Numbered from the stretch's first letter, positions 49,139-62,383 are shown. The stretch: DNA of 64,000 bases from Octopus vulgaris (GCA_951406725.2 OX597818.1:26412001-26476000), one strand, 5' to 3'. Notes: generated from the sequence alone by a model not told the origin. A program made the numbers and translations.

Positions 49139-49489
49139 AAAACCTGTTGGCCCACAACCTCTTAAAAATATGGAGGGAGAAGATAAAAAAGTAAAAGATA
49201 AAAGACACCATTGTTTATCATCATCGTCATTTAATGCCTGTTTCATGCTGGAATGGGTTGGATGGTTTGACAGGATCTGATGGGTCCAAGGACTACTTTA
49301 TGCTACAGTGTTTTCTCTGGCATGGTACCTACAGCTGAATGCCCTTCCCAATGCCAACTGCTTTAGAGTGTGTACTGGGTATTTTTTCATGTCACGAGCA
49401 CTTGTAAGGTCACCATGTAACTTTATAGTAGGAGAGGAGGAGTAGAGTGGGATAAAGTGTGAGAGAACAGAGCAGGAGCAGAAAAGTAA

Positions 49490-49737
49490 AAAAAAAAGTT
49501 ACCTCCTCGAGTCACACCGACTCACAAGGGCTGGTTTCTGTAGTGTATAAATTCCCTACTTGGATGGGACACTGGTCTGTTGCAGGATTACTCATTTTTG
49601 CCAGCTGAGTGGACTGGACCAATTTAAAATGAAGTGTTTTGCTCAAGAGCACAACGTGTTGCCCGGTCCAGGAATCGAAACCACAATCTTATGATTGTGA
49701 GTCCAACAGCTTAACCAGTAAGTCACACACCTCCACA
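49490..49737 (-). mobile_element. tRNA-derived SINE (family D)
   Basis: Minus strand gtggaggtgtgtgacttactggttaag...ggtttcgattcctgg...ttgagcaaaacacttcattt...ccagtccactcagctgg; related to 52613-52834. Confidence 0.65.
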
Positions 49738-50229
49738 GAGCAGGACAGCTTTCTTGCTGTAGGGGAGCTTCCTGATTACTCACCTTTTAGAGTCCAAGAG
49801 AATGCTAAGAGCTGGAAAGCGATAAAACAATAGTCTTGATGAGGTGTTAGGGTCAACATACATATATTTACATAGCATAATCATCGTTTAACATCCACCT
49901 TTTGATGCTTGAATGATTCAAGCAGAATTTGATGAGGTGGGTTTGGAAGAAACCTGGTGCCCACTTCTCATTAACCCTCATCTGTTTCCAAAATGGTAAT
50001 ATTTCCCCATGACCAGATATGTTTTTCCTAGAAGACTCCAAAGGAACAACCTAGCTTGTATGATGATCATGCTCATTTACAATCATCATGTGATGTCTAG
50101 ACGTGGCTTCATATACATATCATATACATACACAAGTATATGCACACAAATATATATACATGAATCCAAGACCTCATGGTTAGGAAGCAAGCTTCTTAAC
50201 CACATAGCCACACCTGAACCCATAATACA

Positions 50230-50515
50230 TACCTGTAATTAGTGGGGCACTGGAATATGTAACACATTGATTAAATACCAATCTTGAGAAGGTACGCTTC
50301 TCAAAACCAGAAACGAGAAAGCTGATTCGAAGACTACAGACCCAAGCCATCAGTGGAACTGTAAAATTCTGTAAAACTTTCCAAAAGTTTCTAATTTAAG
50401 TATATATGAGTTAATCTAGATATGCAACATAAATAAAACAAAACATAAAAATCTGCACATATACATACATACGAACTAAAACACCCTGTTGTTGATGTTG
50501 AAATTCCAGTGAAGC
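50230..50515 (+). mobile_element. R4/Dong-like LINE 3' end, second copy
   Basis: GALEYVTH*LNTNLEKVRFSKPETRKLIRRLQTQAISGTVKFCKTF; homologous to the reverse complement of 42630-42965. Confidence 0.75.
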
Positions 50516-50708
50516 ACATCTGCATTCTTACATTAATGAACTGTTTGTATATAGATATTTTATTTTGAATGAGAGATACGTAACATTACATAACAATTGA
50601 AAATTCAGGTGAATTATATACCAAAAACATAAACCAAACTTAACCAGTCTTCTGTTTTAATATACACACACACACACACACACACATTGATGTATATAAA
50701 TACACATT

Positions 50709-50740
<32 letters not shown>

Positions 50741-50749
50741 CACATATTG

Positions 50750-50788
<39 letters not shown>

Positions 50789-50835
50789 TACATACATTGA
50801 TATATATACATGTATATATACATATATATATGTAC

Positions 50836-50866
<31 letters not shown>

Positions 50867-51039
50867 CATTGATATATATACACATATATATACATACATT
50901 GATATATATACATACATTGATATACATATATATATATATATATACAGACATATATATATATATGTACATATATATATTTATGCATATATATTGATATATG
51001 TATATATGCATTGACATATATATATATATGCATTGATAT

Positions 51040-52105
51040 CATTATCATCATCATAATTTAACGTCCGCTTTCCATGTTAGCATTTGACTGAGGACTGGTG
51101 AAGCAGATGGCTGTACCAGGCTCCAATCTGATCTGGCAGAGTTTCTACAGCTGGATGCCCTTCCTAATGCCAACCACTGCAAGAGTGTAGTGGGTGTTTT
51201 TACGTGCCACTGGCACAAGGGCCAGTCTGGCAGTTCTGCAACGGGTATTCAATGTCCGTTTTCCATGCTGGCATGGGTTGGACAGTTTGATTGGGGTCTT
51301 AGAAGCCAGGAGGCTGCACCAGGCCCCAATCTGATCTGGCAGTGCTTCTGCAACTGGATGCCCTTCCTAGCACCAACCACTCCGAGAGTGTAGTGGGTGC
51401 TTTTTACGTGCCACTGGTAGAGGGGCCAGAGGAGCTGGCATCGACCATGATTGGATGGTGCTTTTCATGTGCCTCCAGCATAGAAGCCAGTCAAAGCGGC
51501 ACAATCATTGGCCACATTCAGATGGTGCTTCTTACGTGCTACCAGCACAGCACTCACAGGTACAATTCCCATTTGATTTGATTCTCATATTGTTGTTGAT
51601 GTTGATGCACTTGACTCATTAGGTAAAACATGTCAGTTCACTCACATGCATCATACAATCTACCTTTCACTCTAAGCGACAGGCCTTTTATCAAAAGTAG
51701 GGGTAGAAGCTTTCTGAACTTTGCCCAGTCTATTCTTATTCTAGTTGTAACACTCTCTGAACATCCACTCCTACTACAGACTTGGTCACCTAGGTAGCAG
51801 AAGCTATCAACTACTTCTAGTTTCTCCCCCTGGCATGTGATGGAGTCTGTTTTCTGAGTATCTCTGGTGTTTATTGTCCCTGTGCATCTGCTGTACGTGA
51901 AAGCTATCTTCCCAGTTAATCTTCCTTTGATGTTGCTGCACCTCTTATGTGTCCATATCTTACATTGGGTACATCTTATAACTACACCTTTTCACAGACC
52001 GAGCAGGGCCACCTACCTGAAAGGGTGTGTGATGTGCTTGCCTTCCTACTTACTAGAACTTCAATTCTAAACCTAGCTTCCACACTTGAAGTTTCTTCTC
52101 TAGTT
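51040..52105 (-). mobile_element. Rearranged RTE LINE 3' fragments
   Basis: Two successive 3' termini (51040, ~51250) plus an RT/PHD segment ([24 protein letters not shown]). Confidence 0.8.
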
Positions 52106-52356
52106 CCTTGACGTATAGGTTCTCCACCTGGACGGGACACCGGTCCTTCGCAGGTGAACTGCAAGATGCAGGAGGAAAGAGTGAGAGAAAGTTGTGGTGA
52201 AAGAGTCAGCAGAAGTTCTCCATTACCTTCTGTTGGAGCCGCTTGGAGCTTATGTGTTTCGCTCATAAACACACACGTCAACCGGTCTGAGATTTGAACC
52301 AGCGATCCCTTGACCGTCAGTCCGCTGCTCTGACCACTAGGCCATGTGCCACCACT
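52105..52356 (-). mobile_element. SINE family C-related
   Basis: Head gtggtggcacatggcctagtggtcagagcagcggac; shares gaaagagtgagagaaagttgtgg with 15925-16237. Confidence 0.7.
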
Positions 52357-52365
52357 ATATATATC

Positions 52366-52398
<33 letters not shown>

Positions 52399-52405
52399 CA
52401 ATGTA

Positions 52406-52442
<37 letters not shown>

Positions 52443-52477
52443 CACATTGATATATATATATATATACATACATACAT

Positions 52478-52541
<64 letters not shown>

Positions 52542-52612
52542 TTAAATCCTTAAAAATGTTTTATCCCGAAGGCCACGGCCATGCTGGGGCACCACCGTTG
52601 ATATATATATAT

Positions 52613-52834
52613 AGGAGCACACTCCGTCAGTTATGACGATGAGGGTCCCAGCTGATACGATCAGCGTAACAGCTTGCTCGCGAAATTAAGTGGCTGAGCA
52701 CTCCACAGCCAGCTGAGTGGACTGGAGCAACGTGAAATAAAGTGTTTTGTTCAAGGACACGTGTCCCTGGGAATTGAATTCACGACCTTACAATCATGAA
52801 CCGAATGCCCTAACCACTAAGCCACGCACCTTCA
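52613..52834 (-). mobile_element. SINE family D-related, internally deleted
   Basis: Minus strand gaaggtgcgtggcttagtggttagggcattcgg...gtgaattcaattccc...ccagtccactcagctgg. Confidence 0.65.
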
Positions 52835-52887
52835 CATATATATATATATATATGTTATATATATATTGATATATATGTTTATCTCTC

Positions 52888-53266
52888 TCTATATAAACGT
52901 CAGTTTGTCTGTGCGTGTTTCTGTGTGTCTGTTTGCTTGTACCCTCACCCTGACCATGGCTTTCAACCGATTCTGATGAAACTTGACACACACATAGCCC
53001 AATGTCATAATTCAAAACTAACGCAGCAAAAATTTTGAAAAGTTCCCCCAGTTCTGAAAAAAATCGATAAATTCGACATGGGGTCGAGAATCAGAAACAC
53101 GAACCACAAACTGTCTAGGGGACGCAACTCAACCTTTTTTAAATCTCAAAAAAATATTTACCATAATTTTTTTCCATTTTTTTGCTATTTTTTGGCTATA
53201 ACTCTCTACAAATGCTTTATAGTTATTTCCCTTACAAACCTGAGCAACGCCGGGCGATACTGCTAG
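52888..53266 (+). mobile_element. Non-autonomous Helitron
   Basis: 5' TCtatataaac, (TGTC)-like subterminal tract, 3' hairpin cctgagcaacgccggg then CTAG|T; sits in (TA)n. Confidence 0.7.
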
Positions 53267-53310
53267 TATATATATATATATATATATACACACATTGAGA
53301 TATATATATA

Positions 53311-55350
53311 TCATCATCATCATCGTTTAATGTCCACTTTCCATACTGGCATGAGTTGGATGGTTTGACTGAGGAGTGGCAAGCCGGATGGCTGCACCAG
53401 TCTCTAATCTAATGTAGCAGAGGTTCTACAGCTGGATGCCCTTCCTAACACCAACCACTCTGAGAGTGTAGTGGGCGCTTTTACGTGCCACTGGCATGAG
53501 GGCCAGTCAGGCGGTACTGGCAACAGTCATGCTCAAATGGTGTTTTTACATGTGACCTGCACAGGAGGCATTCCAACAGCATTGGCAATGACCTCGCTCA
53601 AATGTTGTTTTTTACGTGCCAGTAGGGCGGTGCTGGTTATGATCATGCACGAATGGTGCGTTTTACACATCATTGGCATGGGAGCCAGTCAGCGGCCCTA
53701 GCAACGATCACGTTCGGATGGTGCTCATAGTGCTCTACTGGCATGGATGCCAGTCATGCAGTGTTGTCATCGAATTTGATTTCGATTTCAATTTTTATTT
53801 CACTTGCCTCAACAGATCTTCACAAGTAGAGTTTTGTGTCCAATGTAGGAAAGGTACGCATAAGTGGGCTGGATACACTACTGGCATAGGCCACAGGTAA
53901 TGGTCTCACTTGGTTTGCTGGGTCTTCTCAAGCACAGCATATTTCCAAAGGTCTTGGTCATTTGTCATTGCCTCTGTGAGGCCTAAGGCTCAAAGGTCAT
54001 GCTTCACCACATCATCCCAGGTCTTTCTGGGTCTAATTCTTCCACAGGTTCCCTCAACTGCTAGGGTGTGACACTTTTATACACAGCTATCCTCATCCAT
54101 TCTCACCACATGACCGTACCAGCGCAGTCATCTCTCTTGCACACCACATCTGATGCTTCTTAGGTCCAACTTTTCTCTTAAGGCACTTACACTCTGTCGT
54201 GTACGCACACTGGCATTACTCATCCAGTGGAGCATACTGGATTCGTTCCCTGTGAGCTTACGCATGTCCTCATCAGTCATTGTCCATGTTTCACTGCCAT
54301 GTAGCATGGCTGTTTGTACACATGCATCATACAGTCTACCTTTTAATCTGAGTGAGAGGCCCTTTTTCACTAGCAGAGGTAAGAGCTCTCTGAACTTGGC
54401 CCAAACTATTCTTATTCTTTCAGAGCACCCACCTCCACTACTGACTTGGTCACCTAGGTAACAGAAGCTATCAACTACTTCTAGTTTTTCTCCTTGGAAT
54501 GTGGCAGAAGTTGTTCTCTGCACATTTTCAGTGTTTATTGCTCCTGAGCATATGCCACATACAAAAACTATCTTCCCAGTTAGCCTTCCTTTGATATTGC
54601 TGCACCTCTTATGTGTCCATAGCTTACACTGGGTACATCTTATAGAGTTTCTATCTATGCCTTTTCTACAGATCGAGCAGGGCCATCTACCTGAAGGGAT
54701 TTGTGATTTGCCTGCCTTCCTACTTACTAGGACTTTGGTTTTAGCCAAGTTGACTCTAAGGACCTTTGATTCTAATCCTTGCTTCCACACCTGAAACTTC
54801 TCCTCTAGTTCTGATAGTGATTCAGCAATTAGAGCAAGGTTATCCACATAGAGGAGCTCCCAGGGGCATCCTGTTTTGAATTCCTCTGTTATTGCCTGAA
54901 GGACTATGATAAATAGGAGGGGGCTGAGGACTGAACCTTGTTGGACCCCTACCTCTACCTGGAATTCTTCACTGTACTCGTTGCCAACCCTCATCTTACT
55001 GACGGCATCCCTGTACATGGCTTGCACAGCTCTCACTAACTATTCATCTATCCCTAGTTTTCTCACTGACCACCAGATAAGGGATCGGGGGACCCTGTCA
55101 AAGGCTTTCTCTGTGTCAATGAAAGCTAGGTACAGAGGTTTATTTTTGGGTAGGTATTTCTCCTGCAGCTATCTTACCAGAAATATAGCTTCAGTGGTGC
55201 TTTTCCCTGGCACGAAACCAAACTGCATCTCATCTACACTGACTCTCTCCCTAATTATTTGGGCTATGATCCTCTCCATGGCCTTCATTACCTAATTCAA
55301 CAACTTGATACCTCTGTAATTATTTGTATCTAAAGTGTCACCTTTACCTT
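53311..55350 (-). mobile_element. 5'-truncated RTE LINE, inactive
   Basis: ORF 54128-55036 has GVQQGSVLSPLLF, YVDN (YADD mutated) and the PHD-like motif; 3' UTR with tandem units and (CAT)n; 5' break at (TA)n. Confidence 0.9.
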
Positions 55351-55362
55351 TGTGTATATATG

Positions 55363-55407
<45 letters not shown>

Positions 55408-55408
55408 A

Positions 55409-55439
<31 letters not shown>

Positions 55440-56099
55440 CGATATGTGTGTGTATATATATATATATATATTATGTGTGTGTATATATACATATATGAAA
55501 CCCATGCCAGCATGGAAAACAGATGCTGAATGATGATGATGATGCTCACCTGCATCGACCAGACTTTCAGATGTTGTTATACCTTGCATACACACACATG
55601 CATATATATACCTGTGTGCGTGTGTGTGTGTGCAATCATCATTACCATCTGATGTCCAAGTTCCATGCTGGCATAGATTGGAAAGTTTGATAGAATCTGA
55701 TGGATTCAAAGACAAGTTTTGTATAATTTCTATCACTTGGATGCCCTTTTTAGTGCATAGTATGTACTGGGTGCTTTTTCCATGCTGCCAGCACTACTGA
55801 AGTTGTGAAGTAGCTCACAAAACTACAAAGTTCAAGGTAGTGAGGTTCTGCTTTATGCTAGGGGATGAGGGGTTAAAGTATGTAAAATGGCAGCTGGGGA
55901 GGGATGCACTGCAGGTTCTTGTAGAAGAGCTACATGGGTACTCACACTTAGTAGAAGAGGAGTAGAATGATTTGTAAAAGTTGCAAAGAGATTGATAATG
56001 GAAATGATGTGCTCTTGTGGCTCTTCAATGCTTAAGGTAATGAAAAGTGCAGTGAGTGGATAGAAAGTCCATTCATATTTCAAAATGGGAAAGAAACAA

Positions 56100-57240
56100 A
56101 TACTTTTATGGTTTTAATTGATATATTTAATTGAGATAATATTTACTTTCATTATTTTTAACATAATCCCATCTATTTGGAAACTTGTTAATCTCTCAGG
56201 TATAAAATTCCTTGGGTTTCAAAGCATAGATACACTGAATATCATTTTTAACCTCTTCAACATTAATAAACCATTTTCCCTCTAAATAATCTTGCTATGA
56301 CCTGAAAAGATGATTGTTGGATCAAAGGCAGGAGTGTAAGGAGGATTAGGTAACACTTTCATACTCAATGCCATAATCTTTTCCTAAATGACTTGGGCAA
56401 TATGTGGTCCTACATTATCATGTAAATAGCAACACTCTTTTATGACTAGCACTTTTCCCACTAATTTTTGTATAATGCTTCCAATTGACAAAAATAATTC
56501 TTCACGTCAACTTTCATTTTGGCTTAATACTTTATGGTATATGACATTCTTCATATCTCACTAATCACAGAGCATAATTATATTTTTGGGTATTGTCCTG
56601 GTTTGGGGATAAATTCTCCTTTTTCATTGAGTGCTAACCATTGTTGGTCTCATCTCATCAGACATGCTTATAGAAAACCTACTTAACATCAGTTGTGATG
56701 ATTCTACCTAGGGAAGCTTTAGTAGCAAGTCTACTCTTCAGTGATAAGCATAGTGATTAAATGGACAAGTCAGATGATGAAGGCCTCACTGACCAAGTTT
56801 AGACACTTTTCCTAGTTTATGAGAATGATTTATGATTAAAGTGTGACTTCAATTGTTTTACTAATTCTTGTGCAGTTTGCCTTGAATTTTCCTCAACTAT
56901 GGTTTTCAAAAGATCTATATTGACAGAACTTGGTTATCCAGGTCAAAAGAAATCTACAAGAGAAAAATGTCCCAAGCAAAACTGGCTAAACTATCATTAG
57001 CACATCCAAACACTTGACGCTTCATTTCTGTAGACAGAGTAAATACTACTATCTGTTTCCATTGCTAAAGAGCCCTTTTTGAATTCATACAATATGCAGT
57101 GTCTGATGGGAGTCTCATCTAAACTCATTTTTAAAGGGTAAAATAGATATGAATTTAACCATTATGGTAAAAAGTAATCTGTAAAGGGAGAAAAAAATAA
57201 CATTAGAATGTAATGATTAATGCATATTTTACCATAAATA
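56100..57240 (-). mobile_element. Decayed mariner transposon
   Basis: Minus strand RHCILYEFKKG (N-terminal HTH), RIIT, HDNV and PYTPAFDP (cf. PYSPDLAP); many stops. Ends approximate. Confidence 0.65.
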
Positions 57241-57291
57241 TTGAAAAGGTATATATATATATATACATGCATACACACACACACACACGCA

Positions 57292-57347
<56 letters not shown>

Positions 57348-57350
<3 letters not shown>

Positions 57351-57945
57351 TCATCATCGTTTAGCGTCCGTTTTCCATGCTAGCATGGGTTGGACGGTTC
57401 AACTGGGGTCTGTGAAGCCAGAAGGCTTCATCAGGCCCAGTCAGATCTGGCAGTGTTTCTACGGCTGGATGCCCTTCCTAACACCAACCACTCCGTGAGT
57501 GTAGTGGGTGCTTTTTACGTGCCACCCGCACAGGTGCCAGACAGAGCTGGCAAACGGCCACGAACGGATGGTGCTTTTTATGTGCCACCGGCACGGGGGC
57601 CAGGTGAGGCTGGCAACGGACACGAACGGATGGTGCTTTTTACGTGCCACCGGCACGAGGCCAGTCGGGGCGGTGCTGGCAACGGTCGCAAACGGATGGT
57701 TCTCTTACATGCCACCGGCACTGGTAACACATCTACAATTTCCATTGATTGATTTCGATTCTGATCCTCACTTGCCTCAACAGGTCTTCATAAGTAGAGT
57801 TTTGTGTCCCAAGAAGGGAAGGTATGCATACGTAGGCTGGCTCCATCCCATGTAGAAGGCCACGGGTTATGGACTCACTTGTCCTGCTGGGTCTTCTCGC
57901 GCACAGCACACTTCCAGAGGTCTCGGTCTCTAGTCATTTCCTCAT
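57348..57945 (-). mobile_element. RTE LINE 3' end with ~54-bp tandem units in the UTR
   Basis: Repeated tggcaa(a)cgg..cgaacggatggtgcttttta.gtgccaccggcac; (TA)n on both sides. Confidence 0.85.
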
Positions 57946-57972
57946 ATATATATATGTATATATATATTTTTT

Positions 57973-58302
57973 TAAAGCAAATAAGTAACAAGGATGTCCA
58001 GATGTCAATGCATTATGGCCATTTTAAGCAGCTCCATTTAATCGGTCAATGAAAATATTACATCAATTTGAAATAAACCGCTCCTATGTTTTTACTGACC
58101 AGTTCATAAACAGATAGATCATATGTTAAATTGAAAAATAATGGTTTATCCGTAATGTTGGAAATCTATATGGTCATCTGCTTCCGAGGATAGCGGTTTA
58201 TTTCAAATGGATGTAATGTTTTCATTGGTCAATTAAATGGAACCACTTGAAATATCCGTAATGGCTTTGATACCTGAACATCCTTGTTACTTATTTACTT
58301 TT
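57973..58302. mobile_element. Fold-back MITE with ~110-bp imperfect inverted arms
   Basis: aaataagtaacaaggatgt...ttacatcaatttgaaataaaccgct versus agcggtttatttcaaatggatgtaa...acatccttgttacttattt. Confidence 0.75.
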
Positions 58303-58372
58303 TATTCACCTAACTTTGAGCTGCGCACACTATACCAAACTAATTCAACTGAATCTCAATTATTTCTTTTAT

Positions 58373-58413
<41 letters not shown>

Positions 58414-58563
58414 ACTTATAAACAAGGAAAAAAGAAAAAAATTCTAATGCCAAATATGCCGAAAATAGACAAATTGTCAATAACCATATAATTTATCACT
58501 ATAAACATGCGTCTCGAAGTAAGCTGACAGAAATTTCTAAAAAATTTCTAAAAAATTCCGTCA

Positions 58564-58624
58564 TTATCGTATCGGTCCCAATTTCAGAGTTAATTCATAA
58601 GAATTTTCTCCTCATCAGCGATAA
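58564..58624 (-). ncRNA. Type I hammerhead ribozyme in a Penelope 3' pLTR
   Basis: Minus strand ttatcg-CTGATGA-ggag...ctct-GAA-Attgg-ga-ccgaT-A-cgataa. 6-bp helix I, paired helices II and III, AUA site. Confidence 0.75.
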
Positions 58625-58671
58625 ATACGTAAGACATAAATGAAATACTTACTCATACCCATATATATATA

Positions 58672-58706
<35 letters not shown>

Positions 58707-58829
58707 CTTAAAAAGAACCTAGAATAACACAAACTTTTTGGAAGTAAGTTTACATATTGTGTTTTGCTGTTAACAATTTCTCTAACATGTTATAGTTTAA
58801 TATGTGTAGAGGAAGTTGTTTTTAGTAGT

Positions 58830-59750
58830 GGTGTTGATTATTTCTGGTTTTGTTTCAGATTTAGAATTCTTTTAAAGTATTCTTCTTTTGCCTTTCATAG
58901 TTTATTATTTTCTTCTCTTATTTTGACAAAAAAAAAAAAGGAAATAATTTGAATTTTGTATTAGCACAAATGTTTTGAGGTTTACTGCATGGAATATTTC
59001 TAAGAGATGAATCTTTGATTCGTTCTTTATGAACCCTAACCAGATCTATTAACTTTGATCCTGTTTGGCTGATATAATTCTCATTGCATTGTGGTGCAGT
59101 AAGTGTAATTTTTTTGTTTTGCAGTTCATATTTGCATTGATTTTCAGTTCCTTCTCATTTGTGAATTTTTTGGTTTTGTTCTGTTCAGTTATATCACGCA
59201 TCCTACAACTAAGTTCTCTGTAGTTTGTTAACGGCTTTATTTCTTCTTCTGATGTGAACTTCACCTTTGTTAATAATCTTTTAAGATTTTGATAGTTGTC
59301 TTTGGCTGTTGATAATTTTGGATTCTTTAATTATTACTCTGAAATTTGATGATTGGTGTAGAATTGTAAGGTATTGTTTGACTGGATGTCAGATGTGGTT
59401 TCAAGGATTATGGTTGATTACAAATGGAATATTTGTATTTGTGTTTTTGTTTTTGCCCTCATTGTGATTGCTTCTCCAAAAGACATAGATTGGGATCTCT
59501 TTTACCTTGGTTATGGCATGCTTTACTAAGGCCTTTGGAGGTATTTTTGCTTCTGAAAGAACATATTTAGTTCTTCCAGTCATTTATTTGTGCCTGTAAC
59601 TATTGAGCGCTTACATCTTGTCACATTGAATGGGTGTTTCTTTTGAATGTGGGATTGATGATCTGATCTAAAATGTAAATGTTGATGACGTCTATCAATG
59701 TCCTTGCAGTTCAGATTATTTCTAATAATTTCATTTTCTTTAATTCAGAA
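58830..59750 (-). mobile_element. Penelope-like element remnant (RT C-terminus, linker and GIY-YIG)
   Basis: Minus strand CKDIDRRHQHLHFRSDH, IPFVINHNP, MNCKTK and ENYISQTGSKLIDLVRVHKERI..NIPCS. Confidence 0.75.
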
Positions 59751-60770
59751 TGTCCAATAAAAAAAAAAAAAGGAAGTTCCATTTCATTAATTTCCATAGC
59801 ATGAAATAGTTGAACAAAAAATGTAATGGGTTGGCGGTATTTCAAAGAGGTATTTTTTCAGCATTCTCCTGTGTTCAAATGATATTTCGCTATGGACAGT
59901 CATGTTTCCATGGAAGATTAGAAAAGAAGAAACCAATTGTGACACATATTTATGACTTTCACACAATGATAAGGCATGTGCGTATGGACACACACATGCA
60001 CGCATGCACACACACACATGTGCACACACAAACGCACAAACACATATGGATAGATGTATGACAAGCTTATTGCAAGTTTCTAGCAAATCAGTTCAAGCGG
60101 CTTTGGTCAGCTTGGGTGCCATGCAATAGGACTGAATCCATAGCCATGTGACTGGGAAGCAAACTTCTTAGCCACATTGCTATGCTTGCACCTGTGTGTG
60201 TGTGTGTATGTGTGTGTCCCACGCAAGCTAGCATGGAAGGGGGACGTTAAACGATGATGATGAAGATATATACTAGCTTAAAAGCTGCACTTCATGCCGA
60301 CTTTTAAGGCAGCTCTTGCGGACGGCTAATTGGGCTTGTGGCCCAAAGCTAGAGACAGCAAAGTATCATAACTATAATACATCTATAATGACTATATGCC
60401 CTGGTAGTGTTTAATCAGAAGTTGAGGCAAGATGAGAATAAATTCTGTAATGCAATCATTCTATTGTTCCAGTCTCAAGTTGAAATCCAACTGTTGAGCG
60501 ATTTGTTCCAAAGTTCTTATCTTGATTTAAAATTAACAAAGCAAATGTCTTCCCCTTGATCTCCGACATCATTTGACAAACACTAACTAAGATAGTGTGA
60601 ATAAGGCAAGATATACCTGCTAGAAATAGCAACCTAAATGGTTTTAAATCAGATCCCAAACGAAGGGCAGATTTTCAATCCTGGGATTATCTTGATTCCA
60701 AAATCACACAATATGTCTATGTAGACTGAGGTACAGGGGTCCCAGATGGACAGAAAAAAATGCTTTCATT

Positions 60771-61008
60771 AATATATATATATATATATACATGTGTATA
60801 TGTATATATATACGTGTATATGTATGTGTATATGTATATATATACATGTATATGTATGTGTATATGTATATATATACATGTATATACATGTGTATATGTA
60901 TGTATACGTTACCAGTAGCACTCAAGAGCAACCTGACATATATATATATATATACATATATATATGCATACATATATATATATATATACATATATATACA
61001 TATATATA

Positions 61009-61047
<39 letters not shown>

Positions 61048-61100
61048 TCATACATATATATATATGTATGTATATATATATATATACACACATATATATA
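60771..61100. repeat. (TA)n/(TATG)n compound microsatellite, representative of many in the window
   Basis: Direct reading. Similar tracts at e.g. 7424-7583, 18358-18628, 22190-22426, 22656-22762, 22972-23090, 50660-51030 and 61760-62222. Confidence 0.95.
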
Positions 61101-61662
61101 AAAGTAGTTTTAGAGACAGAACCACCTTCAACTCAATCAACACTGAAAGATTTTATACCCGACCACTCCATAAAATGTTAAATATTTTTAATTTATTTGT
61201 TATTTGTAATTTTTTCATTGTACTTTTTTCTCTTTAAATTTTTTTCCTTGAATTTTTATTCCTTAAATATTTACTCTTTAAATTTTTAATATTCAGTTAT
61301 TATTTTTATTTATTTGTATATGTATTCATTTGTATATGTTAAGTAAGTTTATATTGAAGATACAGAGTATCATGGAGGTATATAAGAGGTAAAGATAGTG
61401 AAAAATGTTGAGGAATCCAGACCTGAAGATTGGGAGTATGTCGACCCGATTAAGTATTGAAACTAGATACTGCATATCTAATCAATACCAACGTGCTTTC
61501 ATGAAACACATGTAGTCTTATAAACGGAAAATATGGGATTCAGAATAGATATAGTTAGTATAAGATTTAATATTTAACATTTTATGGAGTGGTCAGGTAT
61601 AAAATCTTTCAGTATTGATTGAGTTGAAGGTGGTTCTGTCTCTAAAACTACTTTTATATATA
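61093..61662. repeat. Inverted-repeat cassette (~94-bp arms 61093-61186 / 61569-61662), pLTR-like
   Basis: aaaagtagttttagagacagaaccaccttcaactcaatcaa... versus ...gagttgaaggtggttctgtctctaaaactactttt. Confidence 0.85.
61419..61518 (+). ncRNA. Hammerhead ribozyme candidate with long branched helix II
   Basis: agac-CTGAAGA-t-tgggagtatgt...acgtgctttca-t-GAAAC-acat-GTA-gtct. Helix I agac/gtct; 11-bp helix II including G-U pairs. Confidence 0.6.
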
Positions 61663-61779
61663 CGAATTAAACATTGAAAGATGTTCAATTTTGTACATCT
61701 AATTTGAATGTCTTTTTCCCGTGTACTCAGAAGTAATATTCCCTAATAATTATAGTAATATAATTATATACATATTTAC

Positions 61780-61814
<35 letters not shown>

Positions 61815-61835
61815 CATATATATATACATATATGA

Positions 61836-61960
<125 letters not shown>

Positions 61961-62043
61961 TTTATATATATATACACACATATATATATATACACATATA
62001 TATATATATACATTCACACATATATATACACACACACAGAGAT

Positions 62044-62074
<31 letters not shown>

Positions 62075-62093
62075 CATATATACACACACATAT

Positions 62094-62154
<61 letters not shown>

Positions 62155-62222
62155 CAAATATATACATGTATATATATACACATATATATATACATATATA
62201 TATTCATATATATAGACACACA

Positions 62223-62352
62223 CATCATCATCATCATCATCGTTTAACGTCTGTTCTCCATGCTAGCATGGGTTGGACGGTTCGAGCGGGGATCTGGGAA
62301 GCCAGATCTGGCAGTGTTTCTACAGCTGGATGCCCTTCCTAACGCCAACCAC
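62223..62352 (-). mobile_element. RTE LINE 3' terminal fragment
   Basis: (cat)n cgtttaacgtctgttctccatgctagcatgggttggacgg. Confidence 0.8.

Positions 62353-62383
<31 letters not shown>

Noticed and set aside
52960-52990. CTGATGAAAC motif
   Set aside because: No room for helix II; it is internal sequence of the non-autonomous Helitron.
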